From: Neophaeotheca triangularis
Lineage: Eukaryota
DNA length: 43,336 nucleotides
Direction: 5' to 3'
Assembly (NCBI GenBank): GCA_054600435.1
Contig: BAAIJX010000065.1
Coordinates: 62,001 to 105,336 of the forward strand
Within the stretch, counting starts at the first letter, position 1. Every line of letters starts with the position of its first letter. The notes below the pieces were generated by a model. The model was not told where the DNA came from, did not search any database, and saw only the letters and a program-made list of their open reading frames with translations. The position numbers and the translations under genes were made by a program. Shown piece by piece: positions 21,760 to 33,544 of the stretch.

Positions 21760-22744
21760 GTACAGCAAACAGCCGGAGTAGTAGGTACCAAGTAATAATG
21801 ATGGATAAAAACAATAGTTAACAGGGTTTTATGAATAAGGGCAGGACAAGACGAAACAAGACAAGACAAGACGGGAATTGATGTGCGGTGCAAATGCAAG
21901 GACAAGACAAGGAAACTGACTGACTGGCTGCCGCAAAAGAAGCGAGGCGTTTTTTACACTCGGACTAGCAGAGTCGAGGCATAAGTACTAGTCACGTGTC
22001 AAAGGAGCCGTGTACCCGGTTTCGTGCTAGGAGGTACAGCTTTTATGGATACTAGTATACCTTACCTTACAGTGCTATCGATCGGTACTTGGTAGTAGGC
22101 TAGTAGGTTCTGCTTATAGTACTACTGATGACAGACCTCATGTCTCAAGATTAAAGGTTACCTTGAGTTCCATGTCCCCGGATTAATAATCATTCAGCCT
22201 CGTCTTCTTAATGTTATAGGTAATTATTGTTGTTTGCTCCAAGAATACTAACAAACGACTACCGAGTACATGATAACATCCAATAATACCTTACTGTAGG
22301 CTGCTCCTCGCACAAGACTCGAAAGCAGTGCGTCCTTCCTGCGTCCTTCCTGTGCTCCAGCTCGTAGTACTACTAGTAGTACTGTACTTTGTCTGGCACG
22401 CCCAGCTCACACGAGCATCGGCGTCCATCGCATTGGGTTTTCCCTGCAGCCAGCCGCCTTTGCCTTTAGCTGTCCGCGGGTATCTGATTCATTCATTAAT
22501 ATTGCATTGCGTTATCATCCATCCGCCTTTGCCTTGGGGCTGTATCAGCACTTAGTATGTACTACTACTACTCTCTCACTACTCTTCTGTCTAAACTCGA
22601 TTAATCACATGACACGGTCTAGACCGAATAAAGCTCCCGCTCCACTGTCCTTACCTTATACGACTTCATCGTCCGCCACTCCACTGCCCACCCCACTTGC
22701 AGTTGCACCCCATTCTCCGGATACAGTAGTAGTGACAGTACCTA

Positions 22745-22764
22745 CCTAACCTAACCTAACCTAA
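22745..22764. repeat. (CCTAA)4 pentanucleotide repeat
   Basis: Directly visible; it also reads as four tandem CTAAC branch-point motifs just before a CAG at 22767-22769. Confidence 0.85.
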
Positions 22765-23136
22765 CTCAGGCCGAGGTCTTTCCAGGGTCCAAAATCGTTA
22801 GTTACTGTATCTGACACCTCGTACACTGGTACTCGACCAACCTTCCCACCCTCCCGGGTCTTCCACCTCCAAAACTCACACGCCTGGAACTGCGATTCAC
22901 ATTGCTCTGGCCAGCCTTCTCGCTTAACAACGTACGTATTCATCACTCGCTCTCTGCCCTCCCTTGACCCTTGGTGGCTCAGATAACTACTACCGCCATC
23001 ATCGCGACGCTTTCACCTCGATGCAAAGTCTGACTTTTACCCTTCCAGAAGACTTTCAACACCACCACCACCAGCACCCCTCCCGACCAAAAACAAAGCG
23101 CCTGGCTTTTAACAGTACGCTGTAGCCTTCAAAATC

Positions 23137-24690
23137 ATGGCTTCTTACGAGAATGGCCACGGCTCTGTAGCCGGTTTCGTACCAAATGCGCCCATGGACC
23201 ACAACAGTGGCTACGGTACGCTTCTCGCTCTTATCTCTGCCACATTCTTGCAGAGCCCATGCTGACTCCATCTCGCTGTAGCCAGCAACGACTCTAGCAG
23301 CAGAAGTCCTCTCAACAACTTAGGCTACCTTGGCAATCTCAGTGCGGAAAAGAAGCAGACCAAAGGTAGACTAGCAGCGCCTCATCTAAAGTAATGTTGC
23401 TCTAACACTTCGCACAGATGGACAGCCCGCAAAGAGGCGAGGCCCAAAGCCAGACAGCAAGCCTGCTTTGACTAGGCGGCAAGAACTCAACAGGCAGGCC
23501 CAAAGGTTGGTGTCGTTACTCGTCGCCACCCAAAATCACATACTGACCGATGTAGAACTCACCGCGAACGCAAGGAGATGTACATCAAGGCTCTCGAGCA
23601 AGAGGTCCTTCGTCTCAAGGAGATATTCGGAAACTCAGCACGAGAGCGAGATGCAGTTGTCGAAGAGAACCGAAAGCTCAAAGAGCTTCTCGCTCAGCAC
23701 GGTATTTCTTACGACTTCGCCTCGCCTGAAATCAAGTTTGAGCGGCAAGCTGTCGGCTATGGTGTCAGCTCGAGCGGTAGTATTTCTGGCAGCTACCGCG
23801 ACAGCAGTCAATCTAGCCCGCCGCCACTCCATCCCGGTCAGAAGCACCAGCAGTACCAGGTACAGCCACACAACGGGCAACAACAACACCTCGCCCACAT
23901 TCCAACTCCATCGCACCACTCGATGGCGCAGGGCCACAACAATCAATTAGACTATGATCAAATCGGCATAGACTTTGTCCTAACGTACGACTCCCAAGGC
24001 CGCCCCATCAGGCCCCAGCCACCCTACCCATCGCCCCCACCCCAGTAATCCCGGTACGGCATCGCACCCCTTTCAAACCACCCAAACTGACGCTCATCAC
24101 TATCCCACGTAGGCTCGAACGGCCCTGCATGGACCACATGCAGTACCTGGTAGTGCGCTCGCACAACCCCGAAAACCAGCCCTTTCACCACCCAATGGAA
24201 AACCCCGACGACGACCAACACGAGCACATGAGCGGCCACGCCTTGATGGCCACTTGCCCACCGCACAGCCACATCATGCAGAAGCCCGCGGAAAAGTACC
24301 CTTACCAGATGCCCGAGCTGCCGAAACCCGATCTCAGCAAATTGCTCGAGCTGAGCAATCGACTGCCTTTCGATGCCGAAGGCGAAATCACACCCATCAT
24401 GGCTTGGACCCTCATCTACCGGGACCGAAGGCTGGGCTTGCTGGGGCCGAGGGATTTTGAGCGCATCAAGGAAGCCCTCAGTTCGCGCGTCAGGTGTTAC
24501 GGGTGAGCTTTCAACACTCTTCCTTTCCAAGTAACGTTCTAGTGCTGACCCCTCCTTACCCAGTTTCGGCGCCGTCCTCCAGGATTTTGAACTCCAAGAT
24601 GCCCTCGAGCTCGTCATGGCGGACAAGGATGCCGGGCCCCCTGCGGCGTTACTGCAGCCTATGGCTCCCGCGCAGATTGCTGCTTATTGA
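23137..24690 (+). CDS. flbB: FlbB-like bZIP transcription factor; exons 23137-23215, 23282-23365, 23418-23505, 23556-23984, 24113-24502, 24564-24690 (398 aa)
   Basis: Spliced product contains DGQPAKRRGPKPDSKPALTRRQELNRQAQRTHRERKEMYIKALEQEV (basic region plus zipper), GIDFVLTLERPC, SGHALMA, GEITPIMAW and VRCYGFGAV. I recognise these as Aspergillus FlbB-family motifs. Confidence 0.85.
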
Positions 24691-25257
24691 TTCACTCCAC
24701 CGAACACCATTCTCTGCACTGCATGATTTTCGCCGTGCGCAGCGCTTTGCGAGAATCGCACGATTGACGCCTTACCATACATTTTGAGATTATTGCTTCC
24801 ATCCAGCGGTCACTTGTACTTACTTTCTTGATGACGGATCGGTGTTGTTGTTGTAGCGAGGGCTGTGGCATTATTGTACACGCTTTATGAAAGTCCTTAC
24901 ACACTTCAGCATATACCCAGTCCTGCAAACGGTAGTCGATACCCGACTCAACGTTATGTCTCCAATATCCTTTCCCACGCTTCAGCCTTTGTGAGCCCAG
25001 GAAAAATTCCCGAAACGAGAACCGAGAACGAGAGGAAGAGGGAGGAAACAGCTTCCACGCCCAGCTCTGCTCCCAAGCTCAAACAGGCACAGGTCTTTTC
25101 TTTCATGACCGTCGAGAGCTGAAAGAGTAGACAGACAGCCAGAAACCACCAGCTCCCGTCCATCCATGTATAAATGTAGGTATACCTTAGGTAACATACA
25201 ACACAAGTAGCCAACGGCTTCGCGCTCACTGCAGCTGCAGTTACGCCTAGGTATCTA

Positions 25258-25302
25258 TACCTACCTACGCTACCTACCTAACCTCTACCTACCTACCTAC
25301 CT
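25258..25302. repeat. Imperfect (CTAC)n microsatellite
   Basis: Directly visible between the convergent flbB and KGD1 genes. Confidence 0.85.
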
Positions 25303-25923
25303 TGCCTAATTGTGCAGGTAGGTATTCATCCGACCCTCCCTCCCTCCCGCGTGGGCGAATCGAGAAGACGAGAGCCTCCGTGGTGAAAACTCGTCACGAA
25401 GTTTCCAACCCATTGGATTGGAACCCACCACCGCTGTTGGGAGATGCTTTGTAGATAGGTATGTACCGTATTTACCTATGTAGCCAGCCAGCGGACGAGT
25501 TATCAGCAGCAGTAGCAGCAGTAAAAGCGGTTTTCCATCCATGTCGATGTCATGTCATGTCCTCTTAAAGAAGAAGAAGAGAGGGGCCCTACTCACGAGG
25601 GATGCTCTTCGGATTTTATTTTGTTTTATTTACCTTTTCTTTTTGTTTTGTTTTTTAACCACGCCGTCGCAGATGAGAAAAGAAAACCCGTTAAGAAATT
25701 AAAACGTACACTCAAGACGTACACTCAAGACGATGGAAGTCCCCAAGACGCCGGGCATGTTCCGCGAACTACACAGCTAAGTAGGAACAAGATATACACG
25801 AAAAGAGGCACTCGTCCGCACACACACACACACCCATCACCTTCACCTTCACTTTCCCAAACTACACTGACACTTTTCTTCCCTCACAGCCCAGCTTTTT
25901 TTTTTTTCCTTTTTTAAATTTAC

Positions 25924-28900
25924 TTACTCCCCCTTCAACTTATCCTGACGCACACTATAAGCCATTTCGAGCAAATCATTCTCCTCCTTCATATGCGTAG
26001 ATTTCAAACCCGTGGCAACACTGGCACTAGGGTTGCGGCCGGCGTACATGACGTGGCGCCTGTTGTGGTGCTCGGTCTCATTGAGCAAGGTCTCGATACG
26101 GGGCTGGGTGAAAGACCAAGCGCCGGCGTTGAGCGGCTCCTCCTGGCACCAGACGATGTTCTGGGCGTTGGGGTATGAGTCGAGGTTATCGCGCAGCTGG
26201 GCCCAGGGGAAGGGGTTGAGCTGTTCGATGCGCGTGATGGCCGTGTTGGTGAGGTTGTGCTGTTGGCGGTATTTGAAGAGGGCGGCGAAGACTTGGCCAG
26301 AGCAGAGGATGACGCGCTCGATCTTTTCTGGGGCATCGATCTTAAACTCGGCGTCTTCTTTGTGCGCAGGATCGGCGATGATCCATTGGAAGTGGCTGTC
26401 GCCCGTGAAGTCTTCGATGTTGGAGCGGGCGAGCGGGTGGCGGAGCAGAGACTTGGAGAAGAAGGAGATCAAGGGTTTGCGGAATTGACGGTTCATCTGC
26501 CTGCGCATGATGTGGAAGACGTTGGCGGGCGTGGTCAGGCAGGTGACCTGCATGTTGCAATCCTGGTGCTGGCGTTCCAGCTTCTCGGGGGCCGGGAAGA
26601 TGCGCGGGTCTTCGTTGCAGAGTTGCAAGAAGCGCTCCATACGCCCTGAGCTGTGTTCTGGTCCTTGACCATCGTAACCGTGGGGCAGGTTCATGACAAG
26701 ACCGGACCTCTGCAGCCACTTGACTTCACCAGAGGCGATGAATTGATCAATGATACATTGAGCGTTGTTGGCAAAGTCTCCGAATTGCGCCTCCCACATG
26801 ACAAGGGCAGAGGGCGAAGAGAGGGAGTAGCCATATTCGAAGCCGAGGACACCAAACTCGCTCAAGCTGGAGTTGGAGATGACGAAAGAGCCTTGATCCT
26901 TGGTGAGGTTGTTCAGCGGAGTGTAAGTCTTCTCGGATTCCTGGTCGTGGAGCACAGCGTGGCGCTGGGAGAACGTGCCACGCTCGACATCCTGACCGGA
27001 AACGCGCACGTGGTGGCCTTCCATACACAGCGAACCGAATGCAAGAGCCTCAGCCGTAGCCATGTCAATGCCCTTGCCCTCGTTGACGGTCTTTGAGCGG
27101 TTGGAGAGAATGCGCTTCAGGTTCTTGTGGACCTGGAAGCCCTCGGGTGCCTCAGCCATCTTGTTGGAGATTTCCTTGATCTTCTCGGCCTCGATCGCTG
27201 TTGGCAGATGGGGAAGAACCTCGGTCGCCAATTCCTTGGGCGACTTGAAACCGTTCCAGGCGCTGGTAAGCCATTCCTTTGCGGTCGGCTGGTAGTCCTT
27301 GGACCTGGAGAAAGAGTCGTCAAGCATGCCCCAGACCCACTTCTTGTGCTCATCGATGTCGTCTTTGGTGAAAGTCTTCTCGTCCAAAAGCTTCTTGACA
27401 TACTTGTCAAGCACGGGTGCCTGTTCCTGAATGCGCTTGTACATCAAAGGCTGGGTGAAAGAAGGCTGGTCGGTCTCGTTGTGGCCTTGTTTACGGTAGC
27501 AAACAATGTCAATGACAACGTCCTTCTTGAACTCGGCGCGCCAGTCAGCGGCAAGCTGACAAACAAAGTTCAACGCTTCGACATCGTCACCGTTGACATG
27601 GAAGACAGGTGCGTCGATAGCCTTGGCGATATCAGAGCAGTAAGGGGTGGAACGGGCGAAACGAGGGTCGGTGGTGAAACCAATCTGGTTGTTGACAACG
27701 ATGTGAATCGTGCCACCAGTCTGGTAAGCCGGCAAAGACATGAAGCCCATGGTCTCGTAAACAATACCTTGAGCGGCAAACGCAGCGTCACCGTGTAGCA
27801 AGACACCCATTGCAGAGGAAGCTTCCTCTTCATCGCCGTTGTAGTGCAAAATGGCGCGGGTCTTGCCAAGGACGACTGGATCCTCGGCCTCCAAGTGAGA
27901 AGGGTTGGCTACGAGAGAAAGCTGCACGCGCTTGCCGGAAGGAGTAGGACGCTCAAAGTTCATACCCAAGTGGTACTTGACATCACCGCTACCTTCATCA
28001 GAAGGCTCAGCGGATCCACCAAACTCAGAGAAGATGGACTCGTTGGGCTTCCTGACGACGTTCGAGAGCACGTTCAAACGTCCACGGTGAGGCATACCGA
28101 TAACGATGTCCTTGATGCCATAGTCGACAGAGCGGTCAATGAGAGCCTTCATACCGGGGATAAGTGATTCTCCACCCTCCAGACCGAAACGCTTGTCGTT
28201 GGGGTATTTCTGGGCCAAGAAAGATTCAAACGAGGACGACCAAATAAGACGGTCCAGGATTCGGCGCTTCTCATCCACGGAGTACTTGTAGGGTTGGGGG
28301 ACTTCGATTCTTTGCCTGAGCCAGTCGCATTGCTCCCGATCGGGGATGTGGATGTACTCGACACCATAGGGACCACTGTAGAGGCGCTCACAGGCGTCAA
28401 TGATCTCTCTCAGCGTCATCTTGTCCCTTTTGTCGGTCTTGAAGCGCGGCAAGATGCCAGGGCCGAGAGAAAACTCTTGGTCCATATCTGCCTCGGTGAA
28501 GTTGTACGTCTTGAGGTCAAGCTCCTTGGGGTTGGCGTAACCGAAAGTAGAGGCCTGGTTTCGAATGCCCAAAGGATCGATCCTAGCCTTGTGGTGTCCT
28601 CGTGCCTGGTACGCCCTTACGAGGAGTTGAACCTTCAAATGGTTGGTGACATCGCTACCTTGACCTTCTGACATACCCATTGCGGGACCGAAGTTGGGTG
28701 CTGGAACACCACCGGCGGGGGATGGAATGAGCGTAGGCGGAGGTGTGAAGGCTCTGCTAGTAGGCATGTCGCCGGCTTCCATGTTCTTGAAGTAGACCTG
28801 CCATGATACGTGGACGGATTTGGGGTCCTCTTTCCAGTTCATATACATCTCGTCGACATAGTTTGCGGTGTTGCCCTGCAGGAAGGAATCTGAGGGGTCG

Positions 28901-29106
28901 ACACCCTTGTCTGTGTCCTCGGCGGCGACGGCATAGTGGCGGTGCTGCGAGGTAAAGCGGTTGTAGGAGGTGATACCCAGCTCTCTTCTCTTCGCTACCA
29001 GGGCGGATCTAGGGGTGCTGTAGGCGAGGTTGGAATAGCTCGAGCGGGACGAGCAGCTACCTCCGGCGAGGCGTTTGCTGCATTGGCGGAGTTGGGTTCG
29101 CAGCAT
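25924..29106 (-). CDS. KGD1: Mitochondrial 2-oxoglutarate dehydrogenase E1 component (1060 aa, no coding introns)
   Basis: Mitochondrial presequence. [29 protein letters not shown]-binding [10 protein letters not shown]...[23 protein letters not shown] and GQGPEHSS motifs. Confidence 0.98.
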   Translation of the reverse strand: MLRTQLRQCSKRLAGGSCSSRSSYSNLAYSTPRSALVAKRRELGITSYNRFTSQHRHYAVAAEDTDKGVDPSDSFLQGNTANYVDEMYMNWKEDPKSVHVSWQVYFKNMEAGDMPTSRAFTPPPTLIPSPAGGVPAPNFGPAMGMSEGQGSDVTNHLKVQLLVRAYQARGHHKARIDPLGIRNQASTFGYANPKELDLKTYNFTEADMDQEFSLGPGILPRFKTDKRDKMTLREIIDACERLYSGPYGVEYIHIPDREQCDWLRQRIEVPQPYKYSVDEKRRILDRLIWSSSFESFLAQKYPNDKRFGLEGGESLIPGMKALIDRSVDYGIKDIVIGMPHRGRLNVLSNVVRKPNESIFSEFGGSAEPSDEGSGDVKYHLGMNFERPTPSGKRVQLSLVANPSHLEAEDPVVLGKTRAILHYNGDEEEASSAMGVLLHGDAAFAAQGIVYETMGFMSLPAYQTGGTIHIVVNNQIGFTTDPRFARSTPYCSDIAKAIDAPVFHVNGDDVEALNFVCQLAADWRAEFKKDVVIDIVCYRKQGHNETDQPSFTQPLMYKRIQEQAPVLDKYVKKLLDEKTFTKDDIDEHKKWVWGMLDDSFSRSKDYQPTAKEWLTSAWNGFKSPKELATEVLPHLPTAIEAEKIKEISNKMAEAPEGFQVHKNLKRILSNRSKTVNEGKGIDMATAEALAFGSLCMEGHHVRVSGQDVERGTFSQRHAVLHDQESEKTYTPLNNLTKDQGSFVISNSSLSEFGVLGFEYGYSLSSPSALVMWEAQFGDFANNAQCIIDQFIASGEVKWLQRSGLVMNLPHGYDGQGPEHSSGRMERFLQLCNEDPRIFPAPEKLERQHQDCNMQVTCLTTPANVFHIMRRQMNRQFRKPLISFFSKSLLRHPLARSNIEDFTGDSHFQWIIADPAHKEDAEFKIDAPEKIERVILCSGQVFAALFKYRQQHNLTNTAITRIEQLNPFPWAQLRDNLDSYPNAQNIVWCQEEPLNAGAWSFTQPRIETLLNETEHHNRRHVMYAGRNPSASVATGLKSTHMKEENDLLEMAYSVRQDKLKGE

Positions 29107-29849
29107 GCTTGCGGGTGTTGCTCATCAAAATCGGAAGAGGAGGCAATCAGATGTAGCAAAGCAGGGACATGCGCAGAGAGAGGAAGATAGGTGAACGAAG
29201 GAGGGGTCACACGCAGAGGTGTGGGTGTTTGATGGTGTTCAAGGTGCGGTCACTTGCCTCGTCCAAGTCCCAAGAGTTAGGTAGAGAGCTCGAACAGAGG
29301 CGATGCCACTAGGCCGCATTTGTTAAGCTGCGGCTACGTCCGGTGAAAGAAACGAAGCGCTTCCGATCATCCGAGTTTTGACCTCGAGAGCCCCGGCACG
29401 AACTCTTCATTCCCCTACGGTAACCGTCTCTTCTCAACTTCAACTGCACTTCCCTCGTTATATGCACTTGACCTTACAATTAAACTACTGAAGAGTTGAT
29501 ATCCACTCTTCACACAATTACCTTGACATACTAATGTTTGTTTCGGTACGGGTGGTTCGACAAACAACCAACGTTAGAAACCATGCGTATCCCCCTAACT
29601 CCGAAGACGACTACGAACACCTGGTTTATAACTGTTCAAAAGTGACAACTACGTTACCTATAGCAGTGAGGGTTCCTAGTGTTACTATTGCTCTACTTAG
29701 TACTATGGGCAGAAGCAATGACTAGCATGTCTTGCGTAGGCTTCCTATATCTATACCTTCCCCTGTACACTTTAGTCTACCCAACAACCTACTTGAACCT
29801 ACGAATAGCCTCCCCCTGATCAAATCTCCTTCCATTCTCAAACTTCGAT

Positions 29850-30920
29850 ATGAATGAACACATCACACAAGCCGATCGCCAATGGGCTGCTCAGCAGTGG
29901 CAACAAGGCCCTCAAGCGAGTATGGTTGATCCCGAAACTGCAAACAACTTCATCAACCAAGTGTTGGCCGGTCAGCACGACACTCAAGTCCGCAACATGC
30001 TTCGACGGCACAACCAGACTTTCGAACAACCGCCTTTTGCTTTTGTGCCTACTCCATTCCCATTCAACAACCCAGCGCCGCACATGCCCGGCACTCCAGT
30101 CTTCAACTCAGGCCAGTTCCCTTTCGACGGCGGAGCACCACAAATGCCTAGCATGGGCTTTCCTTCCATACCTCCAATGCTAGCGCATATGCCTGTCTTT
30201 GGAACGGCGGGCTGGCCGCAGACGCGTCTGCCAGACCCTTTCGCGGGCTTTCAGGCCCAAGTAGCACCATTTCCCGGCGGTAATGCTACTCACCAGCACT
30301 TCAGCTCTCCTGACGGAAACGCGCACTTCAGCAGTAGCAGCGTGTCTTACTCGACTAACACGGACATGCATGAACCCGGCCAATCTCTCGCGCAAACCGG
30401 TACACCTGTCAGCCACTCTGCGCTAATAGACCGACGTTTTGAGGAGATAACACCAAGTCCGCCGGCCTCGGAAACCGCTGGCTCGGGAGAGCTGTCTACC
30501 AGCCCTGGACATGAGGGAAGCCGACTACCCTCTCCCCACGGGGGTGCTTTTGACGAAGAGACCTGTTTCAGCAACCCACCCGGTAGGTTCAATACATCGG
30601 TCGACTCTTCTGAGAACGACTCAGAAGGCAATGAGTCGGCTCACGAGCACCATGCGGCCGACGATACAGATGCCAGAGAAGCCATTCTGGCCGCAGCACA
30701 TGGAATCCACCATCGTCGGAACCTGTCTCGTGCTCAGAGTCTCGACATGGCTAGGGAGATGTTGAGGGGGGAGCAAGGCGATACGGTGCGTCTCCTTCTG
30801 GATGTCCGCAAAAGTGATAGTCTCAGGGGTATTGATGATGAGGGTTTCTTGGCGAACTGCCACTACTATGTTCAGCAAATGTTGGCTGGAAAGGAAGTTG
30901 TTGCTCCCGTGGGGCTGTAG
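29850..30920 (+). CDS. Uncharacterised Pro/Gln/Phe-rich protein (356 aa)
   Basis: Long intronless ORF following a pyrimidine-rich leader; possibly folded C-terminal ~80 aa. No family recognised. Confidence 0.6.
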   Translation: MNEHITQADRQWAAQQWQQGPQASMVDPETANNFINQVLAGQHDTQVRNMLRRHNQTFEQPPFAFVPTPFPFNNPAPHMPGTPVFNSGQFPFDGGAPQMPSMGFPSIPPMLAHMPVFGTAGWPQTRLPDPFAGFQAQVAPFPGGNATHQHFSSPDGNAHFSSSSVSYSTNTDMHEPGQSLAQTGTPVSHSALIDRRFEEITPSPPASETAGSGELSTSPGHEGSRLPSPHGGAFDEETCFSNPPGRFNTSVDSSENDSEGNESAHEHHAADDTDAREAILAAAHGIHHRRNLSRAQSLDMAREMLRGEQGDTVRLLLDVRKSDSLRGIDDEGFLANCHYYVQQMLAGKEVVAPVGL

Positions 30921-31291
30921 TTGGAGTGATATGCTGTGTGGAATGGATGTTTGACGGCCTCTTCTTTGACGATATGTAAGATGTGTGTACTTCACCTTCA
31001 ATTGTTAGCTTGTTTTGTAAAAGCAACCCATCTTACAACCTTGCGAACCCTCCACAAAGACTAAAACATTATGCTTGAGTATAGCGACGGGACATGCAGA
31101 TACTTTGTCCACCAGTCGACGTGTGAGGTGTTCAAGATGTCGCGTAGGGTTAGAGTTTGGTTTGCTCGAAGTAGCTGCAGACCCCACGTGCAACACTGCA
31201 GGTCAACCTTGAACTTTTTATTTACCACACAGCTCAAACAGCTCTTTGCGCGCTTCAATCCCACAAACGCGCCTTTGCGCACCATAAGGCC

Positions 31292-33544
31292 ATGGATTCA
31301 GAACGCGCGCAACCGGCGTGGAAGCGCAAAAGCGACGAGGGTCATGGCAGCAGCAAAGCGCAGAAGCTAAACGATGGTGGAGGAGGCGGAGGAGGCGCGA
31401 AGATGTCGTTCGCGGAGAAGATGATGGCGAAGATGGGTTATAAGAAGGGACAAGGTCTGGGAAAGGAGGGCGAGGGTATAGTAAACCCGATCGAGGTGAA
31501 GATGCGCCCGCAAGGAGCTGGTGTGGGCGCGGTCAAGGAGAAGACGGAGCAGCACCGCGCGGAAGAGAAGCGCAGAGTTGAGGCGAAGGGTGAGGAGTAT
31601 GTGGATAGCAGCGAGGAAGAGCGGAGGGCTAGGAAGGCTAGGAAGGAGAAGGCGAAGAAGGTACAGGAATCTCGAAGTTCTGGTGGAGCTGGCGGCGCTG
31701 GGAAGAAGTCAAAGACGAAGTACAAGACTGTCGCGGACGTGCAAACTGCCGCGCCTGGGCTGGAGGTGCCGCAGCAAATGCTTGGATTGATAGTGGATGC
31801 AACGGGCTCGCAGACGAAATTGCTGAATGGTGCCAACGGCGGGATGCCGTCTATGGCACCGACAGGGTTTACAGCGGCGGAGACCGAAGCCGAGAAGATC
31901 GCGAAAAGGGAGCGCATGGAGCTGGAGGCCTTTATTGAGTCCTGGCACAGTATTCAGGATCGCAAGATGTACATTGATGAACATGAGGGGCAACTCAACA
32001 TCGAGGCGGAGCAGAAGAAGGAAGATATGGAGCAGCTTCAACGTGTAACACAAGCCGTCGAAGCCTTGAGGGTATCGCCAGTAGACCGCAACAATCTCAG
32101 CGATGATGGTGCAGTGTCAGAGCAATGGGACAAGCTCATTGGGAAGCTCACTATGTTCCAAGAGAGTTTCCGTCACGATGTCAAGCACTTCAACCTGGCA
32201 GAAGCTACGATTGGCGTTACGCATCCCATCTTCAAGCAGCAAATGGAGATATGGGATCCGCTCGATGAGCCAGCCAAGTTCTCCGGCGATATGGACAGCG
32301 TAAAGACCGTATTTGGCTTGGCTGCGAGCGACGAGATCACTTTCAACGGCCACTTTGACATCGATGGAGACTATGGCAAGAGTCGCCGCCAGAAGACCAC
32401 AACACCCTACGAGACAATGATGTACACCACGTGGCTTACCAAGATCCGGTCTGCAGTCAATCGCTGGGAGGTGCATGACCCACGTCCTATGATCACGCTC
32501 ATGCAAGCCTGGCGTCCGCTTCTGCCAGCTTTCATCTACAATAATGTCATCGACCAGCTAATCGTTCCGAAGCTGCTCTTAGCACTGAAAGCATGGACTC
32601 CTAGAAAATCTAAACACCACCACAGGTCGAACAACAGCAAGCACTCTTCGCCGCACACCTGGCTATTCCCTTGGCTGGAATATCTTCCCCCTTACCATCT
32701 CGACTCCAAGGCTCCCACTGGCCTCTTGATAGACGCTAAAGCGAAGCTTAAACAAGCCCTCAACGCATGGGACATATCGACAGGAATCTTCCCAGCGCTT
32801 GACCAATGGCGCGGCCTACTGAAAGCCGACCTGGACACCATCCTCGTCCGCCACCTACTGCCCAATCTATCGAAATACCTCTCCACGATCGACATCAACC
32901 CAGTGGACCAAGATCTAACACCACTGGAAGGTTTACTCCAATGGCAGCCAGCCTTCTCCCCCGACATTCTAGCTCGCCTACTCTCCGCCGAGTTCTTCCC
33001 CAAATGGCACAGCACGCTCCACATGTGGCTCACCAGCGAGGGCGTCAACTTCGAAGAAATCGGCGAGTGGTACGCGTGGTGGAAAGCCCAGATTCCCGAA
33101 AAGCTCAACCACAACCCGGAGGTCCAAAAAGAATGGGAAAAGGCCGGCGAGATGATAAGCATAGCCCTCAACCTCTTCGAAGAAGGCAGACTCCACGAAC
33201 TGCCACCACCCGTAACCGGACCCACACGCCCGATCGCCAGAGACGCAGCCAACACGAACGATGCGCCAGAGGAACACCCCGCCGTGCGAGCGCCAGAGAC
33301 TTCCTTCCGTGACATCGTGGAGCAATGGTGCGCAGAGCAGGATCTTACGCTCGTTCCGCTCAAGGAAGCGCATCCCACTACCGGGCTGCCGTTGTTTCGG
33401 CTTACTGCGAGTGTCACTGGTAAAGGTGGTGTGCCCATTTATTTCCAGGGGGATCTCATTTGGGTGCAGAAGAAGGGGGATCGGACGGCTTTTGAGCCGG
33501 CGGCGATGGACGATGAGCTTATTGCTCGGGCTGAGGGGAGGTGA
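31292..33544 (+). CDS. SPP382: G-patch spliceosome disassembly factor TFIP11/Spp382/Ntr1 (750 aa)
   Basis: G-patch SFAEKMMAKMGYKKGQGLGKEGEGIVNPIEVKMRPQGAGVGA, then GCFC-like Trp-rich segments (PHTWLFPWL, EFFPKWH..LHMWL, EIGEWYAWWK) and a C-terminal SFRDIVEQWC. Confidence 0.9.
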   Translation: MDSERAQPAWKRKSDEGHGSSKAQKLNDGGGGGGGAKMSFAEKMMAKMGYKKGQGLGKEGEGIVNPIEVKMRPQGAGVGAVKEKTEQHRAEEKRRVEAKGEEYVDSSEEERRARKARKEKAKKVQESRSSGGAGGAGKKSKTKYKTVADVQTAAPGLEVPQQMLGLIVDATGSQTKLLNGANGGMPSMAPTGFTAAETEAEKIAKRERMELEAFIESWHSIQDRKMYIDEHEGQLNIEAEQKKEDMEQLQRVTQAVEALRVSPVDRNNLSDDGAVSEQWDKLIGKLTMFQESFRHDVKHFNLAEATIGVTHPIFKQQMEIWDPLDEPAKFSGDMDSVKTVFGLAASDEITFNGHFDIDGDYGKSRRQKTTTPYETMMYTTWLTKIRSAVNRWEVHDPRPMITLMQAWRPLLPAFIYNNVIDQLIVPKLLLALKAWTPRKSKHHHRSNNSKHSSPHTWLFPWLEYLPPYHLDSKAPTGLLIDAKAKLKQALNAWDISTGIFPALDQWRGLLKADLDTILVRHLLPNLSKYLSTIDINPVDQDLTPLEGLLQWQPAFSPDILARLLSAEFFPKWHSTLHMWLTSEGVNFEEIGEWYAWWKAQIPEKLNHNPEVQKEWEKAGEMISIALNLFEEGRLHELPPPVTGPTRPIARDAANTNDAPEEHPAVRAPETSFRDIVEQWCAEQDLTLVPLKEAHPTTGLPLFRLTASVTGKGGVPIYFQGDLIWVQKKGDRTAFEPAAMDDELIARAEGR

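Noticed and set aside
22140..22155. ATGTCTCAAGATTAAA resembling the 5' end of 18S rRNA
   Set aside because: Only ~14 nt with an indel and no flanking similarity; consistent with chance.
31145..31153. TAGGGTTAG telomere-like or telomerase-template-like motif
   Set aside because: Single short copy in a ~370-nt intergenic gap, too small for a fungal telomerase RNA; at most a promoter telobox.
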